A stretch of 64,000 nt of DNA from assembly GCA_964016885.1 (NCBI GenBank), contig OZ024756.1, positions 24,118,001 through 24,182,000 on the forward strand, read 5' to 3'. Shown piece after piece: positions 49,287 through 62,235 of the stretch. Every line of letters starts with the position of its first letter. The first letter of the stretch is position 1. Position numbers and translations under genes: made by a program. The notes under the pieces are model-generated. The model saw nothing but the letters and a program-made list of their open reading frames with translations. It was not told where the DNA came from and did no database searches. This stretch comes from Eledone cirrhosa (Eukaryota).

Positions 49287-49611
49287 CTGTACGATGATTG
49301 GTTAAAATATGGTGCATTGTCGTTTATATCTGTCACAATCACTGTAACATTACAAACTGTTTTCAGAGATATTTCTGCGGCTTCTACTTGGAAATTATAT
49401 TCTTCAACGTTTTCTCTGTCCAAAGCTGAAACCACAAAAATGGTTCCAGATTTGAGTTCAATGTAAAAAGGGAATTTATCATCAGTATTTAATATGGTGT
49501 ACTTGATACTATCGTTTCCAGTTGCAGTTGCTTGGTCAAGATCTGCGGCGCTCACTTCAATTAATCGGTGACCAATACTAGTCCCTTCCGGAATTCGCAC
49601 AATATAATAAT
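49287..49611 (-). CDS. Cadherin exon (YYIVRIPEGTSIG...LDRE...DINDNAPYFNQSSY)
   Basis: One complete EC repeat; tttcag acceptor, AG/gtaaaa donor; 325 nt, phase 1 to 2. Confidence 0.92.
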
Positions 49612-49682
49612 CTGAAATGCAAACGAAGAAAATTATTATTAAATTTATATTGTATATATCATGCGTTTATGTGTATATATCG

Positions 49683-49714
<32 letters not shown>

Positions 49715-49724
49715 TTATATATAT

Positions 49725-49837
49725 AACGAAGGAAATGTGGTAAGGAACCAGGTGGACCATAACGCACCAAAGTATTCTGAGTCCAGAATTAGCCGTCGAA
49801 ACGGCTTGAGCTCAGCTGTCGGGGTCTTACTGGTTCC

Positions 49838-49886
<49 letters not shown>

Positions 49887-49996
49887 ACGAAGGAAATGTG
49901 GTAAGGAACCAGGTGGACCATAACGCACCAAAGTATTCTGAGTCCAGAATTAGCCGTCGAAACGGCTTGAGCTCAGCTGTCGGGGTCTTACTGGTT

Positions 49997-50075
<79 letters not shown>

Positions 50076-50184
50076 CGAAGGAAATGTGGTAAGGAACCAG
50101 GTGGACCATAACGCACCAAAGTATTCTGAGTCCAGAATTAGCCGTCGAAACGGCTTGAGCTCAGCTGTCGGGGTCTTACTGGTT

Positions 50185-50231
<47 letters not shown>

Positions 50232-50340
50232 CGAAGGAAATGTGGTAAGGAACCAGGTGGACCATAACGCACCAAAGTATTCTGAGTCCAGAATTAGCCG
50301 TCGAAACGGCTTGAGCTCAGCTGTCGGGGTCTTACTGGTT

Positions 50341-50393
<53 letters not shown>

Positions 50394-50698
50394 CGAAGGA
50401 AATGTGGTAAGGAACCAGGTGGACCATAACGCACCAAAGTATTCTGAGTCCAGAATTAGCCGTCGAAACGGCTTGAGCTCAGCTGTCGGGGTCTTACTGG
50501 TTCCTATATATATATATATATATATATATATAACGAAGGAAATGTGGTAAGGAACCAGGTGGACCATAACGCACCAAAGTACTCAATACTTAGGGTAGTA
50601 GAGTGGGTAATAGAAACGAGTAGGACCCCGACGGCTGAGCTCAAGCCGTAGCCGTCGAAACGGCTTGAGCTCAGCCGTCGGGGTCCTACTCGTTCCTA
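49725..50698. repeat. Array of five 115-bp family A deletion derivatives plus one longer copy, separated by (TA)n
   Basis: Units start at 49725, 49886, 50074, 50230, 50392, 50532. Confidence 0.92.
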
Positions 50699-51129
50699 TA
50701 TATATATATATATATATATACAATATGTAGAAAAGGTAACACACTAGAGAGAGATGGTGCGCCATCAATAAAACAGGGAAAAACAACCAGTGTATGGAAT
50801 CTATAACCTATGAAAGGCAGGGAATAGCGAGAGTCTATGACTCCGTTAATTTATCGCGGTATATATATATATATATGTATATATATGTATATATATATGT
50901 AGGTCTAGCGTCCGAAACGTTAAGACTTTTCCTGCTATATTAAGCGTGAAACTAATATATATATATCTTTAATGTAATTTATCGTCTCTTGTTTTTTTTT
51001 GTTTACTTTTCACAGAGAGAGAGAGAGAGGGGGGGGGGGGGTTTAAATATTCTGATGATCCTGTGTTAATAAGATCATCACTGTGCAAATAAATATGAAT
51101 AATTATATTGATGATAATAATAATAATAA

Positions 51130-52677
51130 TTGTTTCTACTTTTGGCACAAGGCCAGCAATTAGCCAGTGCATTACTGGTACTTTATTTTATCGACCCCGT
51201 AAGGATGAAAGGCAAAGTTAACCTCGGCAGGATTTGAACTCAGAATGGCAAGGGCCGTAACTCTATGCGTCAAAGCATGGCGTCCGACCCTCTACTGATA
51301 CTGCCAATAATAATAATAATAATTGTTTCTACTTTTGGCACAAGGCCAGCAATTATCCAGTACATTACTGGTACTTTATTTTATCGACCCCGTAAGGATG
51401 AAAGGCAAAGTTAACCTCGGCAGGATTTGAACTCAGAATGGCAAGGGCCGTAACTCTATGCGTCAAAGCATGGCGTCCGACCCTCTACTGATACTGCCAA
51501 TAATAATAATAATAATTGTTTCTACTTTTGGCACAAGGCCAGCAATTATCCAGTACATTACTGGTACTTTATTTTATCGACCCCGTAAGGATGAAAGGCA
51601 AAGTTAACCTCGGCAGGATTTGAACTCAGAATGGCAAGGGCCGTAACTCTATGCGTCAAAGCATGGCGTCCGACCCTCTACTGATACTGCCAATAATAAT
51701 AATAATAATTGTTTCTACTTTTGGCACAAGGCCAGCAATTATCCAGTACATTACTGGTACTTTATTTTATCGACCCCGTAAGGATGAAAGGCAAAGTTAA
51801 CCTCGGCAGGATTTGAACTCAGAATGGCAAGGGCCGTAACTCTATGCGTCAAAGCATGGCGTCCGACCCTCTACTGATACTGCCAATAATAATAATAATA
51901 ATTGTTTCTACTTTTGGCACAAGGCCAGCAATTATCCAGTACATTACTGGTACTTTATTTTATCGACCCCGTAAGGATGAAAGGCAAAGTTAACCTCGGC
52001 AGGATTTGAACTCAGAATGGCAAGGGCCGTAACTCTATGCGTCAAAGCATGGCGTCCGACCCTCTACTGATACTGCCAATAATAATAATAATAATTGTTT
52101 CTACTTTTGGCACAAGGCCAGCAATTATCCAGTACATTACTGGTACTTTATTTTATCGACCCCGTAAGGATGAAAGGCAAAGTTAACCTCGGCAGGATTT
52201 GAACTCAGAATGGCAAGGGCCGTAACTCTATGCGTCAAAGCATGGCGTCCGACCCTCTACTGATACTGCCAATAATAATAATAATAATTGTTTCTACTTT
52301 TGGCACAAGGCCAGCAATTATCCAGTACATTACTGGTACTTTATTTTATCGACCCCGTAAGGATGAAAGGCAAAGTTAACCTCGGCAGGATTTGAACTCA
52401 GAATGGCAAGGGCCGTAACTCTATGCGTCAAAGCATGGCGTCCGACCCTCTACTGATACTGCCAATAATAATAATAATAATTGTTTCTACTTTTGGCACA
52501 AGGCCAGCAATTATCCAGTACATTACTGGTACTTTATTTTATCGACCCCGTAAGGATGAAAGGCAAAGTTAACCTCGGCAGGATTTGAACTCAGAATGGC
52601 AAGGGCCGTAACTCTATGCGTCAAAGCATGGCGTCCGACCCTCTACTGATACTGCCAATAATAATAATAATAATAAT
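51130..52677 (-). repeat. Tandem array of 8 x 193-bp SINE-derived units
   Basis: Units start every 193 nt from 51130 to 52481; each is a SINE body plus (AAT)n; near identical. Confidence 0.93.
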
Positions 52678-52707
52678 GTTTATAAATAAATATTAGAATA
52701 TATTTAC

Positions 52708-53148
52708 TTTCAGTGAAGACAGGAGGGTATTTGTTAACAGGCGTCACTTTAATATATCCGGTTATCTTCAGCTGATGAACAGAATCACTCACAGTTACGT
52801 ACAAACGATATCCGAATGGATTTTTGGCAAACTCAAGATGGGATTTCAGAAGCAAACTTTCTCGTTTCATAACGAATATATTTGGTTGATCAGATGTCAC
52901 TGAATAAGTCAAACTAAGATTGCCCTTTATATCGAGATCTTGACACGAGAATATTTGAAGATATGTGTTAAGTTTATGGTCCTCAGCCAAGGTTAAACTA
53001 AATGCCGTCGGTTCACATGTTGGAGCATTGTCATTCACATCTGTTACGACTATGGTTAGGGTCGCCACAGCACTATTGGGTAACTTGCTCTTTTCGGTTG
53101 CCTTTATCTCTAACACGTATAAATCTTGCTTCTCTCGATCCAAGGCTC
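52708..53148 (-). CDS. Cadherin exon (ALDREKQD...DVNDNAP...PVNKYPPVFTE)
   Basis: LDRE, DVNDNAP; aatcag acceptor, gtaaat donor; 441 nt. Confidence 0.92.
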
Positions 53149-53724
53149 CTGATTAACAATGAAGATAATAATATTAATAATAGGTGCTCTGCGAATAATA
53201 GAAAAAAAGACACACAAAACCAAAAGACCCAGAACTCACAAATATACACAGCATATATAAAATAGCACTATTAGGCACTGCACCCATATTACGAAGAGTA
53301 CTCTCAATACAATAGGAATAACAACACCAAAAACAACACTGCCCATACCCAAGGTACACAGAACTATGCTCAGTAATGGAACAACAACACGCAATAAAAT
53401 CAGGAGGGTGGGGGTGGAAACAGAATTGAAGGAAGAGGGAAAACACCAATAATAATCGTGTATATATGTAGCAGATCTTTCGGACTTTTACAAACCGCTG
53501 AGAAGATAAATCTAATATAAAAATGATGTACTCGTGCGCAGAAATGATATAAAATATGTTATAAAATAGAGTGAAGACCCCTTAAAGGCGGAAAAAGAAG
53601 ATGCTATCGGCCGCTTCCTTTTTCGTCTTTAAAGGGTCGTCATCCTATTTTATAAGCTATTTTATAGCATCTCCGCGCATGAACACATCATTCTTTATAT
53701 TAACAAATAGTAATAATATTAATA

Positions 53725-54135
53725 ATTGTTTCTACTTTTGGCACAAGGCCAGCAATTACCCAGTGCATTACTGGTACTTTATTTTATCGACCCCGTAAGG
53801 ATGAAAGGCAAAGTCAACCTCGGCGGGATTTGAACTCAGATCGTAAAGGGACGTAACTATGCTGGAAAGCATGGCGTCCGACCCTCTACCGATACTGCCA
53901 ATCCATAATATTAATAATAGTTTCTTATATAGGCACAAGGCAATCAATTTTAGGGGAGGGGAAAGTCGATTAAATCGACCCCAGTGCATTACTGGTACTT
54001 TATTTTATCGACCCCATAAGGATGAAAGGCAAAGTTAACCTTGGCGGGATTTGAATTCAGAATGGAAAGGGCCATAACTCTAGGCATCAAAGCATGGTGT
54101 CCAACCCTCTACCGATACTGCCAATTCACCGCCAT
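53725..54135 (-). mobile_element. Two tandem copies of the same SINE family
   Basis: Same core and head as the 193-bp array unit. Confidence 0.8.
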
Positions 54136-54299
54136 TAATAATAGTAATCCTTTCTTTATTAGCTGTAAGGACCCATATATGCAATACAAAACGTGTTATA
54201 AAAAAAGTTTACAAAACCTGAAGATGATACACACTCACAAACAAGACGCTATTGACTGGCTACTAAAAACTGTGCCTTTTTTTCTTTTTTTTTGCTTAC

Positions 54300-54611
54300 C
54301 ATCTAATGTAACACGTCCAGTGTGTTGGTTGATTCTAAATAACTTTACTTCGTTTCCGGAATAAATGGAGTAGATAAGCTTTCCGGCTTTAATAGTTTGG
54401 TGTCGGCGATTTGTGGCTGTGACGTCAACAACGAAACGACCTAACGGGGCATCTTCCATGACAGATGTAGAGAAATTGCTCGCGAATATCGGTGAATTGT
54501 CTTCGTTATCAGTGATTTGTATGTTCAATATAATAGTTGTTTGTTTTCTACCATTGTCACTAACAACGATTTGAAATCTGTAAGAACGTTCTATATCGTA
54601 ATCCAATGGAC
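54300..54611 (-). CDS. Cadherin exon (GPLDYDIERSY...DNEDNSP...HTGRVTLD)
   Basis: LDYD, DNEDNSP; ttctag acceptor, gtaagc donor; 312 nt. Confidence 0.9.
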
Positions 54612-54930
54612 CTAGAAAATAAAGAAGGGAAAATACAGTGCCTGAATAAAATAGAACATTTTCTTGCTCGGTGTAGTCTACCCCAGGGTCTCCTACTGGT
54701 TGGATTTGTGTGTTATTTTTTAGCTTTATTTCTATTAGTTGACCTGAGTCAACCTTTACTAGTAACAATTATTTCTGACAAGGTAATCCCTCCACACCAC
54801 CCCAGGCCACACCACCCCTCTCCACCCTTCCAACTTATAGTCAGTCTTTACTAATAACACTTATTTCCGACTAAGTGATTCCTCCACCTCGCCCCACGTC
54901 ACACCACACCTCCCCACCCTCCAAACTTAC

Positions 54931-55068
54931 CTGATAACTGAACTATTCCACTGGAAGTAACATGGAACGGTACCAGAGGAGAAATTGCTTCAAGGCGATA
55001 TTTGATGTTGTTATAGAGATCTGAATCAGCGTCTTCACATTGTAAAGTGACAACATCATGCCCAACAG
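54931..55068 (-). CDS. Cadherin exon (PVGHDVVTLQCEDADSDLYNNIKY...SSGIVQLS)
   Basis: Not in the ORF track; CEDAD motif; tttacag acceptor, gtaagt donor; 138 nt, phase 1 to 1. Confidence 0.88.
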
Positions 55069-55125
55069 CTGTAAACAAAATTTTTTTTTTTTAAATAGAA
55101 ATGCTGGACAACACGTATGTATATA

Positions 55126-55231
<106 letters not shown>

Positions 55232-55424
55232 TAATGACGAAATGGTTAGTCTTGTTACTTACTTTGGAGTTTCACGTATGCTATAATAACGGTAGTGGTG
55301 GTGCTGTTGCTAGTACTGACATAATTGGTTGAATACATAGGAAAATAATGAGAGAGAATGGAGAGAGGAGGGGAGAGAAGGAAACAGAGTGAGAGAAGCT
55401 GTGAAAAGGTGAAAAGAGACTCAC

Positions 55425-55521
55425 GTGTATCTTCGTTCAGATATATAACATTAGGTGGTGTAGTACAGACTGGGGTGTTATCATTGACGTCTTCCACCCG
55501 GACAGATACAGTTCCTGTAGC
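55425..55521 (-). CDS. Cadherin exon (ATGTVSVRVEDVNDNTPVC...NEDT)
   Basis: DVNDNTP motif; ttacag acceptor, gtgagt donor; 97 nt. Confidence 0.9.
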
Positions 55522-56751
55522 CTGTAAGCGTATAAACATGTAGAAAGTGAGTTACCCCTCTCAAACCATTTTTGGCTCTACGACACAAAATGTTTTTTAA
55601 AAAATCTTTATACGCATAAAAGGCGGCGAATTGGCAGAGTCGTTACAATGTCGGATAGAAGGCTTGGCAGTATTCGTTTCGGCTCTTTGCTCTCTCGGTT
55701 CATATCCCGCCGAGGTCAGTGTTTGCCTTTCATCCATGCAAGGTCGATAAAAAAGTACCAGTCTAATATTTGGGTAGATTCTGCCTCTATTTCTCTTTCT
55801 CACTTCCATTATCTCGTTCTCGCTATCCTTCTCTGGAAGAAATCTGCTGTGTTCCGACCTGGAGAGGTGATGGGCTCCGCGAGGTTTTAAAATTCTCTAG
55901 CAATGCTGTAAATTTCTCTAGCAATACGGCGCCCCTGCGACTCCCTCGGGAATTACGGGACCATGCATGTATACATATACGTAGAATTCTGAAATCAATC
56001 AGGTGACGACCACTGTTAAAAAAGGTCTTCAGCACAATCAGTATTTAGTCATTGAGAGTTAAATATTAAATTCTCTAAAGTCTAAAGTCTGTCTGGAGCC
56101 CGAAGCTCATCAGGCCGGTGCTTATCCCGGTTACCATGGCATGAAGCGACTGAGAATACATGACTTCCCCTTGGAGAGGACACCAATCTACAGCTGGTAC
56201 TTATTTTCAGATTAGTAAACTGGAGCAATGTGAAATGAAAGTGTTTTGCTCAAGAACACATCACGCAACCTAGTCCAGGAATCGATCCCACACTTATCAC
56301 TAGGCCATGCACCTTCACATATTATTATATTATATATTATATATAGTGAAGGCGCATGGCTTGCAATCTGAAGGCTGGGAGTTCGATTTACTCAGCTGTT
56401 GGAATTAGTTGCAATGTCATTAGTGCCAAGTTGTATCGGCCGTTAGACAATGTTAATGCAGATGTGGCGAGCCATATATATTCTACCCATAGAAAATGCT
56501 TCACCTTCGAAAGAGATGACTAAAGAAGACCAGATACTATATATGTGGATTGGCAGTATCGGTAGAGGGTCGGACGCCATGCTTTGACGCATAGAGTTAC
56601 GGCCCTTTCCACTCTGAGTTCAAATCCTGCCGAGGTTAACTTTGCCTTTCATCCTTACGGGGGTCGATAAAATAAAGTACCAGTAATACACTGGCTAATT
56701 GCTGGCCTTGTGCCAAATGTAGAAACAATTATTATTATAGATATATGTTAC

Positions 56752-56873
56752 CTTCAAACCTCCTCCATCTGTAACGATCACCTTCAACAGATAAAATGTT
56801 TGAACTTCGTAATCCAGATAACTGACAAGTTGTATTCCTCCAGATATTGTATCTATTCCGAATTTGTTCGACG
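56752..56873 (-). CDS. Cadherin exon (SNKFGIDTISGGIQLVSYLDYEVQ...DGGGLK)
   Basis: LDYE motif; donor AAG/gtaac; 122 nt, phase 1 to 0. Confidence 0.88.
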
Positions 56874-57199
56874 CTTCATTCAAAGAACAAAATAAAAAAG
56901 TTCTTTAAAATCATAATTCTATGAAATACTGTTTTTTTACGATTTACAAAACACATAGGCATACAAGACGCACCTTAATGTGGGCAAGTATTTAATAAAA
57001 AGTAAATAAATGGGTTTAAACTACGAATGTCAGGTGAAGGGTATAAAGTTTATACCCTGTATTTCTATCATCATTGTACATCGTAATTCGAGGACATTTT
57101 AAGGAACTGTAAAAATAAACGTTTAATGTCGCTACACGTTCATGGTTAAGTGTCGTCACTTAATTTTCTTCCTGGCTTGTCTTATTTTATATGAAGTAC

Positions 57200-57561
57200 T
57201 AGAACAACATCATGAGACTTATGACTGGCAAGCGGCTCAGCGACCGTATCTGTATCAATGAGCTGTTCAACATTACCAAACTTAGACCAATTACATGAAT
57301 TTTAAAGTGAAGAGTACTCAAACTATAGTCATATAAAAAAAATTAGCTCGTAGTGTAAGTAGGTTATGCCTGGAAGGAAGGTTGGCTGGTAAGAGAAGCC
57401 GAGGCCGACAGCCAAAACGATGGCTTGATAATGTCAACTTATGGACTGAACTTGATCTTTGCTCTTTGAACTCTGCTGCTGGTGATCGAACTTTGTAGAG
57501 AGAGATATCACATGCTAATGCGCAGTCTGCAACTGGTGGTGTTTAGCGTCACAAGAAGAAG
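57200..57561 (+). mobile_element. RTE-clade LINE 3' fragment
   Basis: CLEGRLAGKRSRGRQPKRWLDNV; (AAG)n tail. Confidence 0.7.
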
Positions 57562-58461
57562 ACCAGTAAGTACTACTATTATACATTGTTACCTTAGAAA
57601 GTACTACTGTTATACATTGTTACCTTAGAAAAGAGTTGCCATTTTTGGTTTATATTTGCAGAGATGTTTGCAGTTTAATTTAAAGGGCCACTGCAACATT
57701 TCAACTCCATCAGCCAGTGACCTAAACTGACCTTGACCTTATAGGACACAGGGTGATTTTCTGGAACATTTTTTGATTTAAAAAAGTGCATCTTATAGGC
57801 CGTCAAATACATTAATTGTTCGAGTACTAGTTCTCAGTTCAAAGGCTGGGATAGGCTACTAGTTGTTTGTTTGTTTGTTTTTTTACTATATCTGCAGTTA
57901 GGGTGGTGAGGTGGCAGAATTGGTAGAGCATCGGACAAAATGCCATTGTGGTATTGGTTCCGGTGGCTCTTTATGTTCTGAGTTCAAATTCCACCAAAGT
58001 TAACTTTGCTTTTCATCCTCGATAAAATAAGTACCAGGCAAGTACTGGGGGTCGATTTAATCGACTTTGCCCTCTCCCTAATTTATTTAGTTTGGTATGG
58101 TATGGTCCCGTAACTCCTGATGGAGTTGTAGGGGGCTCAATAGTGGCATACGACGTTTCTTGAGCATTTTAAGCCTGGAAGAACCTACCCCTCTCTAGGT
58201 CTGAACACAAAATATTTCTTCCAGAGAGAGAGAAGGAAAGATATAGAGGAAGAATCTACATCCCTGCTAGGCTGGTACATTATTTTTATCGAACTCGAAA
58301 AGATGAAAGGCAAAGTTGGCTTTGACGGGATTTGAACTCAGATAAAGAGAAAACCGAGAGCTGGAACGAATACCGCAAAGCATTCTAGCCGACGTTCTAA
58401 CGACTCTACCAATTCGCCGCCTTACGAAGACAACAACACGCATAGAAAATATGGTTGTTAC

Positions 58462-58710
58462 CTCCAAGCAATTGATATTTCACAATGTTGTGAGGTGCAG
58501 CATCTTCATCTGTGGCTGTCACATAAGTAACCGTAGTTCCTGGTGGTTGGTTTTCTTTCAGGACAACATTATCTGATGCTGCTGATATAGCTGGTCCGGC
58601 ATCGTTGACCGGTAGTAAAACCAACATCACAAACACCAACACGTTGTACTTTCCATCGGAGACATTGATTTCGGCAGAAAAATGTGATGGTCCGGTATCG
58701 TAGTCTATTC
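58462..58710 (-). CDS. Cadherin exon (IDYDTGPS...PVNDAGP...ATDED...LLG)
   Basis: Cadherin motifs; ttgtag acceptor, G/gtaac donor; 249 nt, phase 1 to 1. Confidence 0.9.
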
Positions 58711-58758
58711 CTACAATATCGCAAATATCATTATCAGAAAAGAAAGTCATGTGTCAAC

Positions 58759-59165
58759 TACTATATTTCCCGGCGCCCAAGACGCTTCGTCCTCGAGGAC
58801 GCACCCTAATTTTGACAACCAAAAATTTGAAAAGAAATAGTGGTTTCTTATATAGGCACAAAGCCAACAATTTTGGGGGAGGGGAAAGTCGATTAAGTCG
58901 ACACCAGTGCGTGACTGGTACTTTATTTTATCGACCTCGTAAGGATGAAAGGTAAAGTTAATCTTGGCGGGATTTGAATTCAGATCATAAAGGGCCGTAA
59001 CTCTATGCTGCAAAGCATGGCATCCGCCCTCTACCGATATTGCTGATCCCCTTCCCTCAATTTGACAAAAAATATTAAACAACCTTCGGCTTCCAGGACG
59101 CATAGTAGATTTTTTAGACTTATTTTAGAGGAAAAGTAGCGTCTTCGACGTCGGGAAATACGGTA
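58759..59165. mobile_element. Tc1/pogo-type MITE with nested SINE
   Basis: Terminal inverted repeats tactatatttcccggcg / cgtcgggaaatacggta. Confidence 0.5.
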
Positions 59166-59249
59166 CTTTGGGTTAACTTTAACAGGAAAATGCTAATTTG
59201 ATTTCTTCCTCCTTACTCTCTCCCTCTGTCTTACACACACACACTCTCT

Positions 59250-59285
<36 letters not shown>

Positions 59286-59439
59286 TCTCTTTCACACACA
59301 TACACACACTATCTTGTTTGATGATTATGTGAATACACAAGTGAAACTCCAGTGTAACAAGACTCCTCATTTAGTCAATGGCTTTTCTTGCTCCATGAAA
59401 ACTCTCTAGGTGTTTGTGTATAGTAAATAGACAGATATT

Positions 59440-59740
59440 TAAATATTATAGATAATAAACACAACCAGAAGGATGTGGTCCGAACGTGGAAGAGCCGAAC
59501 TCCCACTGTCATCGCCTCCATCTCTCTCGCCCTCCCCCATCTCTCCGTATGGTGAACAAATGGCGTCCCACGTGCTGGCCTCTCCACAACCCCGGCGGAC
59601 AGAATGGAGAAGGTGTTTCCCCGGAGGATGGTAAGGAAGATGCGCTGGAAGAGCCATTCCAACTCTCGAGGCTCACACCTACGGTTGGCCAGCTCAGCGC
59701 CTTTAGTGGTGAGTAGGGAGGTAGCTAAGGACACCTCCAC
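59440..59740 (-). mobile_element. CRE-clade non-LTR retrotransposon 3' fragment
   Basis: EPRELEWLFQRIFLTILRGNTFSIL resembles the CRE C-terminal LFQRISxAIQRGN motif. Confidence 0.5.
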
Positions 59741-59800
59741 CAAATTTTGCCTTCCGTTTCTATAGTGACATCTAGAATTTGATTAAAGGATCCAACTTGC

Positions 59801-59918
59801 CTTTTTTCAGTACTATTTCGCCGCCGTTCCTCAGTTGGAATACATCTTTGTCATCAATTTTGATGAAACACGTCAGGGTTGATATCTTATCTTTGTCATT
59901 GCATTTCAGTGTAGCAAT
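59801..59918 (-). CDS. Cadherin exon IATLKCNDKDKISTLTCFIKIDDKDVFQLRNGGEIVLKK, ending in a GC donor
   Basis: Not in the ORF track; acceptor tttctatag; CxDxD motif; AAG/gcaagt donor gives LKKG-IDYD with the next exon; 118 nt. Confidence 0.85.
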
Positions 59919-60146
59919 CTATAGAAACAGAAACAGTAAGAGAAATACATTTCAGTGAGTGAGTGAGTGGGTGAGAGAGAGAGAGAGTTTTGTTACTTTT
60001 GAGTTACACCTGTACCATAAAGATTATTAAAACTCTATTTCGGTATTTAGTTCTCATTCACACGTCCGTCAATAACACATGTATATACACATATATATGT
60101 GTTTATTAAACATAAACATATTGTGTGTTTTAATATACACCTCTAT

Positions 60147-60280
<134 letters not shown>

Positions 60281-60305
60281 TATATATATATACACATATA
60301 TATAT

Positions 60306-60373
<68 letters not shown>

Positions 60374-60599
60374 GAGAAAGAGAGTGAGAATCAAAATACC
60401 AGCATAGAAAGAAAGACATTAATTTTTCAAATAGGTAAATTACCAGTTAAGACTTGTTTTCAATATTCCGCCTGCCCTCTTTTAATACATCTGACATATC
60501 ACATTTACTAGATTTATTATTTCAACAAATTAATTTGAGTTTTGGTGAGCTTTCTCCGCCTAATTTCATATTTTAAACAATAAGTTGAACCGCTACTTC

Positions 60600-60840
60600 T
60601 CCGAATTGAGAGATCACAGTTCCCATACTACGAACATGTGGTTAGAATGTCTCAGGTAAGAATCGCTGGACAGATTTTACGAACAAAACTAACCGGTAGG
60701 AGACTCAGGGGTCGACCACGAGAAAGATGGTTGGATAACATCCATGAGCTAGTCTAGTCTCGCTTGGGGATCCAGCCGGATCAATTAGAGACGGTTGCTT
60801 CTGATGGGACCCCCACAACCACCCAAGAGGAAGAAGACTG
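60600..60840 (+). mobile_element. RTE-clade LINE 3' fragment
   Basis: TGRRLRGRPRERWLDNIHEL motif. Confidence 0.6.
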
Positions 60841-61981
60841 TAAGAGTAGGGATCAACTTCGCGTTCAAATCTCACCAAGACCAACTTTTGCCTTTCATCA
60901 TTCCACGATTGATAAATAAAGTTCATATCAGTTCACGACTGGGGGGGGGGGGCTCTATTCTTCTTCTCTTTATCTCTTTCTCACTTCCTCCTTCTCTCCC
61001 TCTCACTTTCTATCCTTCTCTGAAGAAATCTGCTGTATTCAGGCCTGGAGATTGATAGGCTCCGCCAGGCTTAAGATGCCCAAGAAACGCCGTATGTCAC
61101 TATGGTGTCCATACGACTCCATCTGGTGTTACGGGACCATACTATACCATATACATGATATATTACGATATATATTTTTTTGTCAATATTGCCAGTGAAA
61201 TAAAACACGTTGTACACAGTAAATTATGTCCAACATTAACACTATTATTTTTATGTATATTATATATTATATATTACTACATATATTTTTTATCAATATT
61301 GGCTGAGACAAAACTCACTTTGTTGTAGACAGTAAGTGGAGTTAATGTGTAAATTATGTCTAGCATGAAAGGGTTTATATTTCTTTAAGCTTTACATTCT
61401 CAACTTTCATTGTTTCTCAGAAGAATGGATATATCTTTGTGTCAGTTGCCTTGCCTCTCATTAATTAAACTTAATGATTTATATATATTTTAGATATGCT
61501 AACTTCTTTCACGCCTACTCATGTACGATATTTACACCTATTGAGGGAGTCTCTCGTCTCTCACACGAATTCGGCAAGAACACTGAAATCTGAAGAGGTC
61601 CCATAAGGTTGAAACATGTCCGGACTTATCTCCAATGACCCTTTCCAGTGCCTCCGAAACAAGTAATTAACTTCTGTAATCTATAGATTTCAAATAGTCT
61701 AATTTTGTTTACACCTACTTAACTTATAATGATATTGTACGCGTGTTTAAGGATTGTCTCGTCACATACAACTCCGGCAATTAAGGTAGAGTCTATGTTT
61801 GGCTGAGGCGGGCTAATAAGGTAGATACATGTCCTGAGTTATGTCCCATACGATTTTTTTCTGGGGGGTTTTTTTTTGGGGGGGGGGGGGGGGGGGTATC
61901 TTACAAATAAGTCCAGCACTAACAACAGACCTCCCAGGATCGACAAAACAATCAGAAATCATCAGGATGGTTTGATCCTAC

Positions 61982-62235
61982 CTTATGGCCTACTGTGGCG
62001 TTATCGTTAATATATTCTTTTATAAACATTGGTGAGCATATTGGTAGATTGTCGTTCACATTTCCAATGTTTATCTGTTGTATGGCATGGCTAGATCTTT
62101 CTGGAATGCCTCTGTCTTTGGCAGTAATGTTCAAGTAGAACACTGGATCCAACATGGATTCGTAATCGAAAGTTTTAATTAGATTAATCTCTCCGCTGTA
62201 ACTATCAATCGAGAACATTTTCATGGGATCGCCTC
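61982..62235 (-). CDS. Cadherin exon (GGDPMKMFSIDSYSGEI...NVNDNLP...VGHK)
   Basis: Cadherin motifs FDYE, NVNDNLP; acceptor tgaag, donor AAG/gtagga; 254 nt, phase 1 to 0. Confidence 0.88.

Noticed and set aside
49725-50698. CRISPR array
   Set aside because: Repeats are 115 bp, spacers are pure (TA)n, no cas genes, eukaryotic intron; the unit is a dispersed element derivative
61585-61627. Hammerhead-like CTGAAGA...GAAACATGTC
   Set aside because: Stems I and II do not pair convincingly; at best a decayed relic
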